Source: Candidatus Latescibacterota bacterium
GTDB lineage: Bacteria; Latescibacterota; UBA2968; GCA-2709665
Assembly: GCA_965116875.1 (NCBI GenBank)
Contig: OZ220733.1
Coordinates: 2,336,001 to 2,400,000, forward strand
Length of the DNA stretch: 64,000 nucleotides
Direction: 5' to 3'
A program made the position numbers and the translations under genes. Below, one piece after another: positions 39,088 through 48,059 of this stretch. Numbering within the stretch: the stretch's first letter is position 1; each line of letters starts with the position of its first letter. The notes under the pieces were generated by a model. The model was not told the origin of the DNA, made no database searches, and worked only from the letters and a program-made list of their open reading frames with translations.

Positions 39088-39723
39088 ATGAAATCTGAAT
39101 ACACGTGGGCAATCATAGCCTTGATAATTGGCTCGGGTTTAACGCTTATCGTCGACAGGTGGGTCATCAAGGAGCAGATCCACCGAGAGCAGGTGGTGAG
39201 GGCGTACGATGACTTTGTCTCCGCAGTTGCTGGCATTGCCTATGGGGAGTCATCCTCAGGCGAAGAGCGAAAATTGCTCAGTAAGGCGAAGACAGCTATT
39301 GCCGACATCGCAATCTACGGCAACAAGGATGTCATCGAAGCCCTTGTAGAAAATGTCCTCAAAGGTGGGGCAATAATGGGCTACCCCGATGACTTCGTGC
39401 CTGTGATCCGAGCCATGAGAGAGCATGTCGGGTTCGATCCAGTGTCGGTCCACCACCTGCAAAGTTTACTTTTCAACGAGCTAAAGTTAGATGTGAAGTC
39501 GCTGCCAAATTGCCTCGAAGTGAGTGGCAAGGCCACGGTCACCCAAGTGGCGTTGCTCATGTCACGCTTGGACGGTAAGCGGTGGCAAGTCGGGGCTACG
39601 GTCTGGAGTGATAGCCTTGGGTGTTCCACGTCTACCCGGCCCATGCATGTTCCTCCAGAGCTCTCGGAGTGGATTATGGAAACCGCGCTCCGGCTCACGA
39701 ACCAAGAAGCCGGTGCTCCATAG
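39088..39723 (+). CDS. Hypothetical membrane-anchored protein
   Basis: RBS aggagg; N-terminal transmembrane helix. Confidence 0.7.
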   Translation: MKSEYTWAIIALIIGSGLTLIVDRWVIKEQIHREQVVRAYDDFVSAVAGIAYGESSSGEERKLLSKAKTAIADIAIYGNKDVIEALVENVLKGGAIMGYPDDFVPVIRAMREHVGFDPVSVHHLQSLLFNELKLDVKSLPNCLEVSGKATVTQVALLMSRLDGKRWQVGATVWSDSLGCSTSTRPMHVPPELSEWIMETALRLTNQEAGAP

Positions 39724-39937
39724 CCCGAGGAGTTTCAGGACTACTGTGAACTGGGTTATGAAATCGTCAGGGTGACAGACTTCAAAGTAGATCTAAACGC
39801 ACTGCTCGGTGGGTGCAGTTGATTGAAAAACCGGGCTTAGATTTGTTCGCAATACGAAGCAAGCGCAGCTCTATTTCATGTGGTCTTGAGTCAATCGACG
39901 GATAGATTCAGTCACGAAGAGAAGGGAGGAATCCCCT

Positions 39938-40555
39938 GTGAAAACCATTGAAATCACACTTACGGATTTTCGATTTCCGAGATGTCTGCCTGACGGAAAG
40001 GCCAACTTTCGATTCGTTGTCGACTTGCGGTACATAAATCACAAGGGTCAGTCCGTCACACAGCAGGCTGTATTGCCAAGCCCCGATACCTCGTTTTGGG
40101 AGTGTGACAAAGAGGAAAAGTGCGCGCCGAACTACGTTCGTGACGATGGGGATGAAGACGGTTACAGCCGATTTGACATGTGTGCCGTCAACGACTGGGA
40201 TAAGCTGATTTTCTACTTGAAGGCTGAGAGCGTCCACTCCATTCAGTTTAAGATTTTTGACGTGAATAGGGAAGATGCCTGGGACAAGATGCGGGATTTT
40301 GGGGCGGCAGTCACCGGAACGATCTTCGGCAAGATTACAGGCGCGTTTCCTGAATCGTTGGGGCGGGTCGCTGACGAAATACATTCCTTTCATCTGAAGA
40401 AGATTGTAGGGGGAGGAGACGATAAGGTCCTATTCAGAGGATCGACCAAACTCGATGTCAAAAACCAGAATGACAATTCAAAGTGCTGCTCTGTGAAAGG
40501 TACGGGGACGTGTGGAAGATACAAAATCGCGTTTAGTTTGAAGGTTGAACAATGA
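39938..40555 (+). CDS. Hypothetical protein
   Basis: RBS ggagga, GTG start, 205 aa with globular composition; no family recognised. Confidence 0.7.
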   Translation: MKTIEITLTDFRFPRCLPDGKANFRFVVDLRYINHKGQSVTQQAVLPSPDTSFWECDKEEKCAPNYVRDDGDEDGYSRFDMCAVNDWDKLIFYLKAESVHSIQFKIFDVNREDAWDKMRDFGAAVTGTIFGKITGAFPESLGRVADEIHSFHLKKIVGGGDDKVLFRGSTKLDVKNQNDNSKCCSVKGTGTCGRYKIAFSLKVEQ

Positions 40556-41053
40556 GCGAAACGCAATTGGTACGAATTCGAAAAAGTGAGCGCCAAAGAG
40601 CCCGTTTTCTGAGGAAAATTTTGGTACATCCGACGGTGCCGGATCGCCCGTGACTGGATTGGAGGATGGGAGTCTGGTTTCATCGAAAAGCGGTGTGGAG
40701 ACTGCTCGTTGTTGTGAGATCGTCTGAATCAAAATCGCCAAACTGCCTGAACCCGCGTACCATTAGAACGAACCATTGGATATATAAAGCCAATTCGTGT
40801 ACGGCCTATATGTGCATCGCAGGTGCTTTTCTGGTTGTGTGATTTTTTTATCCGAATTTCTCGGAATTCGTCCGAGGGATGATTCGCAATTGGCCCAAAT
40901 GACGGCAAAACCCAATTAACGCAGAAGTGCTATTTCAGAATGTCGGGATGTCAGCAAGAACAGGACAACGTAGGGAGATTCCGATTCGGATGAAAAAAAG
41001 TCAAGTCCAAGCGTGTGAAGACGAACATCGTTCAATTGTGATTGGAGGAATCT

Positions 41054-41389
41054 ATGTCACAGAGACAAGAAAGCACGTCGAAAGTTGCCGCGACAGCCGA
41101 GGGAGACCCCGGAAACAAGCCAGTTTCATTCGATAGCGAGAGTGAGGAAGGTCGCCGCGAGACAATGCGCAGCAAAGTTAGAATTCGTGTCACGTATGTG
41201 GCGACTCTTTTTCTGTTTCTCGGTGGCTATCTTTTGGTGACCTATCTAGCATTAACGGGCAGCAAACAGGAAGCCAAAGACCTTTTTCTTGCGATTTTGC
41301 CGATAAGTGCTGCCGTAATCTCCTTTTGGTTCGCCAAGAGGGACAGCCAGAAGACAACGCGCACCAACGATGGCGGCAACGAACGTTGA
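41054..41389 (+). CDS. Small two-TM membrane protein
   Basis: RBS ggagga; two hydrophobic helices ending VISFWF. Confidence 0.7.
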   Translation: MSQRQESTSKVAATAEGDPGNKPVSFDSESEEGRRETMRSKVRIRVTYVATLFLFLGGYLLVTYLALTGSKQEAKDLFLAILPISAAVISFWFAKRDSQKTTRTNDGGNER

Positions 41390-41655
41390 CTCGATTATTC
41401 TCGGCGGCGTTGACTTGGACTATCCGGAAGGACAAGACCCTTTTCGCGTTACCCCGGATAAACCACACAATTTGTACTGTTGTATTTGGGGTTGGCAGCG
41501 CCCATCAACATCGGAAATTGGATTCCGGAGTTGATCAAGAGACAGCTCGGTAGCTAACTTTGGTGCATTGGTTGGGCAATGCATGAATTCGCGCCTGGTG
41601 TGCGTTGTGGCTGCTACCGAATTGGATTGTGAAAACAACTGACAGGAGAGAGACC

Positions 41656-43083
41656 ATGCGTGGCATAGTCGGGAATTCTTTCGTTGTTCTGGGCGCCTTC
41701 GCCGCTGTCTGTCTGCCCATCGTGCGGGCTGCAGCCGAACTCCCACCTGAGATCCTGGCGGATCGACATTTGATCCAGGCAGAGCAGCTTCACGCCGACG
41801 GGGACCACGCGGGCGCCCTTTCGGTGATGAATGAGATAATCGCGATGCAACGGGAGCACAATTTCAAACTCTCAGACGAATTTCATTTCAAGTATGCGCG
41901 CGTGGCCATGTCTGCAGATTCCATCAGGGTCGCGCTTGATGCGGCGAACAGGTATCTTTCGACCGCGGGCAGGAACGGCGAATTCTACAGGGAGGCTTTG
42001 GCTCTCTCGCTCAGCGCTGAGGAGACATTGGACGTTCCTGAGATCGGTCCCTCCGAAACGTGTACAGGAAAGCAGCTTGGCTCGAGTTGTTGGATGGCGC
42101 TGGCCAACCACCCTGATTGCTACGTTTGGAACCCTTTTTTTCAAAGGGATGCGACCGCGTCCTGGTCTGGGATGTGTTATGGCGGCGTGGGTAGAGGTGA
42201 GGGAACGATCAATTGGACTTTTACAAGCAATAGAGGCCTTGGTAGCTTGTGGGATAAGGCAAACAGAACGGAATGGGGACGCCCGAAGGAACACATGTAC
42301 GGTGGTTTAACGGAAACCGGGCGCATTAAGAAAGGCTGGCGTCACGGCGAATGGGTACTGCGTTTACCTGACGGAGCCACTCTACAGGGCTCCTATGTTC
42401 GCGGCAAGAGGCATGGCCTATGGGTCGAGCGCGATTCCAGCGGTAGCGAAACATACGTAGCGAGAATCCCTTATTCCGCTGGCAAGAGGAATGGTGTGAT
42501 AGAAGTAGAGGTAGTTGAGTGTGCGAATTCATCAACGCGTCATCCTTTTGAGATTACTATCCGCGGAGAGTTCATAAGAGGCAAGAAGCACGGCCAATGG
42601 AAGAATGAATGGGAAAACGGTCTCTACGCCTCCGGTCGTTACGAACATGGGACAAGGCAAGGAGAATGGGAAATCAGGGGCGTTTCTTGTGCTGAAGTCA
42701 AAAGCAATTACACTTCTGGTTGGGATTGGAATGACTACAAAACAGGTCAGTATCTGGACGGCAAGAAGCAGGGCAAATGGAAAGAAAATAGTGGTAGTTA
42801 CATGAGTGAAGGCACGTATGAGAAAGGGAAGAAGCATGGCCGATGGAGAGAAGGCTACAATTATGACTTTGAAACCGGACCCTATGTAGAAGGGAAGAGG
42901 CACGGCTATTGGGTCGAGGAGGATGGCAGGCACCACAGTCGTGGCACATATGCTGACGGCGAAAGAAACGGAGTATGGTACTATTGGGACAGCGATGAAC
43001 GCAAATGCCGGTCCCGCGAATACTATTTGGGATCTGAAACCGGCAAGCGAAAAAAAGTCAAAAAGAAATTCTGCCGGGAATGA
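41656..43083 (+). CDS. Secreted MORN-like repeat protein with helical N-terminal domain
   Basis: RBS aggag; signal peptide; repeated GxYxxGK(K/R)HGxW units. Confidence 0.8.
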   Translation: MRGIVGNSFVVLGAFAAVCLPIVRAAAELPPEILADRHLIQAEQLHADGDHAGALSVMNEIIAMQREHNFKLSDEFHFKYARVAMSADSIRVALDAANRYLSTAGRNGEFYREALALSLSAEETLDVPEIGPSETCTGKQLGSSCWMALANHPDCYVWNPFFQRDATASWSGMCYGGVGRGEGTINWTFTSNRGLGSLWDKANRTEWGRPKEHMYGGLTETGRIKKGWRHGEWVLRLPDGATLQGSYVRGKRHGLWVERDSSGSETYVARIPYSAGKRNGVIEVEVVECANSSTRHPFEITIRGEFIRGKKHGQWKNEWENGLYASGRYEHGTRQGEWEIRGVSCAEVKSNYTSGWDWNDYKTGQYLDGKKQGKWKENSGSYMSEGTYEKGKKHGRWREGYNYDFETGPYVEGKRHGYWVEEDGRHHSRGTYADGERNGVWYYWDSDERKCRSREYYLGSETGKRKKVKKKFCRE

Positions 43084-43468
43084 GCGAATCAGGTGGGCAG
43101 ATGACGCCTGGCGGTGACAACCGGGATTTCGTCGAATGTTGTTCCTTGCGGCTCGTGGTTCAGCGATCCACTGAAACGGACGTAAGCGATCACGGTGACA
43201 ATACGCCAGTATTCGTCGCAGTACCATCGAATATCGCGTTTCCCTGAAATTATCCGGTTTTTCCAGGAATGCCAACGGTCAGCCTACAGCGTCATGCAAG
43301 AGGAAAAGCAGATCCCGGAACAGAGAAGCGCACTGGTTCCCGCGAAACCGTCGTTGAATTGGCAGGATCAGTTGGGGACGGGTTTTTCGTGTTCCCGTTC
43401 ACGGCAGAGGGATTACAGCAGGACTGTTCGCATAACCTCGTTGATTTCTACAGACGGTTCAGTATCGG

Positions 43469-43777
43469 TCAGGAACTCATTGTCCGCCGCTGGATATACC
43501 GGTTCCGTGCGTTTTCAGTAAGTGACACAGGATCCAGGCCGGCGGGCCTGAGCGCATACTTCGCCCGTCCGTCGCTGGCAAGAATGAAGAATTCAGGATG
43601 GCTTTTTACGATCCGGTTGACCGTTTCGGATGAAATCTTGAGATCTCTTGCAATCCCTCCGGGCGTGCGCCAGTCTCCGCTCGAGTGATAGATGACTCTC
43701 ACGATTTCATCGATCGTTTCCCGTTCACTTCGATCCACTTTGTCTCTCCCCGGATCGGGTCCGCCGGACGATATCAT
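43469..43777 (-). CDS. Small putative winged-helix protein
   Basis: WRTPGGIARDLKISSETVNRIV has a helix-turn-helix-like pattern. Confidence 0.45.
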   Translation of the reverse strand: MISSGGPDPGRDKVDRSERETIDEIVRVIYHSSGDWRTPGGIARDLKISSETVNRIVKSHPEFFILASDGRAKYALRPAGLDPVSLTENARNRYIQRRTMSS

Positions 43778-44329
43778 CTACGATGTCCGTCAGCTACAGT
43801 GTCTCGAAATATACCACTTTCACGGAGTTTTACCATCTTTTCAGCGCCTAGTTGTCCGTCGCCCATTTTCCTTTTCAATCTGAACGAAATCTGCCGGAGG
43901 TTTACTCAGAAACGTTGCCCACTCGCTCGGTAGCGTCAAGAGTTTTCACGACGAAAAAGAGGTCTGAAGAATCGGTCTTAAGGACGCTGGAAATGAGAAA
44001 TGTGCGAAATCGGGAAACATCGATACGGCAAAAAAACTGCACTGAGAGCGAAGGGCGCAGCCACAAATGAGTGCGCAAGAACACCCGGAAAGAACTGCGT
44101 TATCCGCGAGTAGAGGATTCACAAGCCGATAATGCGGACAAAACTGCCCGGCATGGCCGTTTGGCCTTAACGATCCAGACGGAGTTTTTGTTTCTTCACT
44201 GCTGAGAATTGATTTTGAAGTGTGATTTTGAACCCTGAGAAAGCAATCGGTGAATGAGCAAGTTTGACCCATTAAAACATCATCTGCTTTGGCTGACCTT
44301 AGCAGTCCGTTGATAAAGTCCGAGCCATT

Positions 44330-44674
44330 GTGGCCGAAGACAAGGCGCGCGACCGAGTCCCATCCTGCGATTCGGCGAGGGAGCGCAACGCAGGTTTTCG
44401 ACCGCAAGGGCCGGACGTAGCCCGGATGGACTTTTTCAACGGGCTGTTAGGGATGTTCCCTGTGGTGGTCGTATCTGAATTCATCGGCAAAGCTGAATCC
44501 CCTGAGGGCATTTGGATCGTTGTCGATCCGGAGCATTCGCCCAATGGGGCTGCAACTTCAGTACGTGCCGGGTACGCGTCATTGAGCGACGATTACTTCA
44601 GCAAGTTTGCGTCTGTCAGACTTATGCTGACCTGCGGCAGCAATAGTGATGTCGTTCGGTGTGAAATCAAGTGA
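44330..44674 (+). CDS. Hypothetical protein or gene fragment
   Basis: 114-aa ORF ending just before the RBS of the next gene; start uncertain. Confidence 0.35.
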   Translation: MAEDKARDRVPSCDSARERNAGFRPQGPDVARMDFFNGLLGMFPVVVVSEFIGKAESPEGIWIVVDPEHSPNGAATSVRAGYASLSDDYFSKFASVRLMLTCGSNSDVVRCEIK

Positions 44675-44686
44675 AAGGAGATTACC

Positions 44687-45187
44687 GTGAAGGACGTGAC
44701 TGATGTGAGACAGTTTAAGACAGTTGTTATCGTCCTCCTATGCCTGATAGCATCCGGTTGTTATGCTCGCCCTGAGCCGCACCCGGGCAAAGCGTCGGCT
44801 GATACGAGGGCAGATTTCATCGAAGAAGACAATGGAATATATAACTATATCAACGGTGACATGGTTGAAGCGAAGTCAAGTCTATGGTCCGAAACTGTTG
44901 TAAGTTGCTGGATTCCTGATAAAACCAGAGTGAGGATATTGGGAGTTTACGAGAAGAAGAGACGACTTGTAGATACTGATGTATGGTGGTACGTCCTCTA
45001 TCTTGAAGGGAAATGTTCCGGATGGGTGACAAGCGACGAGATTTCATCTCATCCGGAAAATTGGAAAGACACGAAGGAGTCTCGTAAGGAATCCGGCAAG
45101 AAAACCAAGATTCCTGTGTTCCTGGATCCTGGAACGACTTCAAAAGAACCCACTTGCCCACCTTCACCGTTTCCGAAGCCTGAATAG
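44687..45187 (+). CDS. Hypothetical lipoprotein with SH3-like segment
   Basis: RBS aaggag; lipobox LIASGC; motif RVRIL...WWYV...SGWV. Confidence 0.65.
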   Translation: MKDVTDVRQFKTVVIVLLCLIASGCYARPEPHPGKASADTRADFIEEDNGIYNYINGDMVEAKSSLWSETVVSCWIPDKTRVRILGVYEKKRRLVDTDVWWYVLYLEGKCSGWVTSDEISSHPENWKDTKESRKESGKKTKIPVFLDPGTTSKEPTCPPSPFPKPE

Positions 45188-45864
45188 TTAGAGTAGATCA
45201 GTTCCTGATTTCGGTGGTTAATATGAAATGGCGATCGCCGTGTGGCAGAATTGGGCCTCGATATTTCAGTGCTGGCCGCCTTTTACAATTAAAGGATTAC
45301 TTGATTGCGAAGCGATGTTGCGCGGCGAAACACCCAGATAAAATATCGAATGGTATCACAACGATTACTGCTGCGAGAGAAACAAGAACGTAGTGTGAAA
45401 CGCGGGAAGTGAAATAAGGACGTCGGTGGCAGGATGTTCCTGGGAATAACGCAGTGGGCGGCGACGTTACGGTTTACCGCGGTTGACGATGACAGCGCCG
45501 TTGGAACGGACCCGGTGATCGTAACGATTGTGGAGCACGGGGGATTGTAGATTGCACGAGGAGTCGAATCGATGGATGCATTGGAGGCCGGAGGATCCGG
45601 ACGGGCAGCGGCTCATCAGAGAGGAGGACGACATGAGATGAATTCAAGGACCGGCGTCGCAGACAATCGTAGAGGGTGGCATTCAGTCAGGTGGATGCCG
45701 TGCAGACAATCCGTGAGGCTGAGGGCTGCCCGGACCGGCAGTATCCGATTTGTGTCGGATTGAACCGTGTTTCAACCGGGTTAGCCGGAAAGCCAATTAA
45801 TCGAAAAGTGGATAACCATTCATTTTAACGAAATTGTGTTGAATATTCGACAAGGAGAAACACC

Positions 45865-47712
45865 ATGAGGAAAGCACCCGCATCGTTCACGTCGGCATAC
45901 TTAAATCCCGTTGTCGGTCTACTCGTACTGGCCGGCGTCTTTTCCGGTGCGCCTCTCGCCCTGGCGCAGGACGATTGTCCACTTCCCGCCGGCGTAACCC
46001 CTTCTCCGGCTCCGCCCGTGACGGCGCAACAGGTGGAAAACGGCAGCGGCAGCCTGAGAGACTTCACGTTGGCCTTACGGGATCAATACGGGCAGGGTAC
46101 AGCGAGTCCGGAGAGAGCCATGTACTATGGATGTCTCTACAGGCAGGAGGGGAGCCATTGGCGTTCCGGTTCCACCTACCTGGTGATCCTGTCGCCCGAT
46201 GGCAGGGTGTTCCTTCACGCGAAAGACATGGCATTGTCGGGCCGGCTGCTCAACCCCTTGATTTATGGGGCGATTCTTTCCGGGCTGGGAATCGAACTGG
46301 GCGTCATCGTCAATCTGGCTTCTCCCGATCCCGCTATCGCCGCCCAGGCGGTCACCGCCGTGATGAACACCTTGTCGCAGGAACCGCACGGCGCATTCGA
46401 CGCAACCGTCCCCATACCAGGCCTGCGGCCTGGCATACCGGGCGCCTCCGGCTACGCCGCGGTATATCTGTCGGCCGTTTTCGGACTCCCGGTCGTGATG
46501 ATGGCCGGATTCGATCTCGATGAATCTCACCTGGCGGAAGAAGAAATCGATTACGGCGACCCGACCGTTACCGCCGTGGACGTGGTAGACCGAGAAACCC
46601 TGAAGACATTCGTGACGCAGGCGGGAGAGTGGATTCTCGAACTCCTGAAGGACGACATAGGCGCTATCTCGAAAGCCAAGGTCTCCCTGCGGGACCCGAA
46701 CGGCCCCTGGAGGCACGGTTCCGTGTACATCTACGTCCTGGATCTTACCACCAACATCATCGTATTTCACGGCGCATTTCCGGACAGATACGAACTGAGG
46801 CCTCTCGTAGCAACCGTCAAAGACGCGGTTACCGGAGAGCTCGTTTTGCCTCAGGTCATCGAGGCCGCGAAGGGCAGCCAGGAAGGCGGATTCGTGGAGT
46901 ACTACTTCGACGATCCCAATGACGACACCGACAGCGACGATATCCCCAAAGTGGGTTACGCCCGCCAATTCGCCGACTTATTCCGGCAGGGTGACGGAAC
47001 CGAAGTCCCAATCAACTTCATCGTCGGGTCGGGTTTCTATGGGAAAGCGCGCGAGGTTGTCACAACCGGTCCCCGTACGGAAGTGGAGGCTGAGGTCCTG
47101 GGAGGCGCCGTTGAGGGACTGGACGTCGCGTTTTCCCGCGCCATCGCCGGGCGTGGGTCCAACTACGACTGGAGCGCCGTCACCGATGCGGCCGGCCTAT
47201 TGTCCCTGACCATTTCCAGTGAGCATGGGGTCAGCGGATACTATCGGGCCCGGGCCACCAACGCCAGTGGCGATATTGTTGGTCAGTGGAGCAGCATTCC
47301 TCTGAATGAGGGCAGCCGCCAGGTCCTGGAACTGACGCTGAGCGGCGGTGCGCGGGTTGTCCGGGTCGAATCGCTGGCTTCAGCCGAGCCGGTGGCAGCC
47401 GCCAAGCCGGTATTCGAAGCCGGGACAGCGCCGGAAGCCAGCGGTCTGGCGCCCAATTCGCCCAACCCGTTCAACAGCGCCACCCTGATCACGTACCATC
47501 TGGCTACCCCTGGCCCGGTGAAGCTCGTGATCTACAACGTGCTGGGGCAGCCCGTACGGACGCTGGTGGACGCGTCGCAGGCCGCAGGCGCCTACCAGGT
47601 CCGGTGGGACGCCCGCGACCGGTTGGGCGTCTCGCTGTCGACGGGGATGTATATCGCCAGGCTGAGCTATCCTGGCGGGGAGCAGTCCGTACGCATGCTC
47701 TATCTCAAGTAG
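45865..47712 (+). CDS. Secreted Cache-domain protein with FlgD-Ig/T9SS type A-like C-terminal domain
   Basis: Signal peptide; WRHGSVYIYVLD..FHG..GGFVEYYFDDP..KVGY..VGSGFY; tail NSPNPFN..TLITY..LVIYNVLGQPVRTL..WDARD..STGMY..LYLK. Confidence 0.85.
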   Translation: MRKAPASFTSAYLNPVVGLLVLAGVFSGAPLALAQDDCPLPAGVTPSPAPPVTAQQVENGSGSLRDFTLALRDQYGQGTASPERAMYYGCLYRQEGSHWRSGSTYLVILSPDGRVFLHAKDMALSGRLLNPLIYGAILSGLGIELGVIVNLASPDPAIAAQAVTAVMNTLSQEPHGAFDATVPIPGLRPGIPGASGYAAVYLSAVFGLPVVMMAGFDLDESHLAEEEIDYGDPTVTAVDVVDRETLKTFVTQAGEWILELLKDDIGAISKAKVSLRDPNGPWRHGSVYIYVLDLTTNIIVFHGAFPDRYELRPLVATVKDAVTGELVLPQVIEAAKGSQEGGFVEYYFDDPNDDTDSDDIPKVGYARQFADLFRQGDGTEVPINFIVGSGFYGKAREVVTTGPRTEVEAEVLGGAVEGLDVAFSRAIAGRGSNYDWSAVTDAAGLLSLTISSEHGVSGYYRARATNASGDIVGQWSSIPLNEGSRQVLELTLSGGARVVRVESLASAEPVAAAKPVFEAGTAPEASGLAPNSPNPFNSATLITYHLATPGPVKLVIYNVLGQPVRTLVDASQAAGAYQVRWDARDRLGVSLSTGMYIARLSYPGGEQSVRMLYLK

Positions 47713-48059
47713 CCGGAACGATCCGGTAAAGAGCGAACGTCCGAGAATCCGTCCGGAAACCTCTGATGAGCTTCCATCACAGGACACTCAGGGTTTGCGG
47801 ACGGGTTGTTGTTTCGAGGGGCCTGGCAGACCACAGCCTGCCAACAGATCTACTGGCAGGCCGGATGATAGCGGGACTCCGGGGCCTCTGTCGTTACTCT
47901 TTGGCGTTGGATCTTGCTTCGTTCGCGGGGATGCGTTCTCCTTGCGCTTTTTGCGTTAGCATACTTCAATCGGTACTTTTGATCACCGCCAATCGTGCCT
48001 GAATGCATCTTCAGAGTGCAGGAGGCACGGTAATACGGCAACGCACAGAACGGCGCAAC

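Noticed and set aside
39790-39845. Integron cassette array with an attC-like atctaa...ttagat inverted repeat
   Set aside because: The core does not fit RYYYAAC/GTTRRRY, it is not repeated after other genes, the spacers are long and no integrase is seen.
38200-45330. Diversity-generating retroelement, with the FGE-sulfatase C-terminus as target and a short similarity at ~45305 as template
   Set aside because: No reverse transcriptase in the window; the match is only about 17 of 24 bases and the mismatches are not adenine-specific.
38559-45800. Recurrent aagccaatt motif (~38558, ~40786, ~45789)
   Set aside because: Too short, with no consistent spacing to genes, to distinguish from chance.
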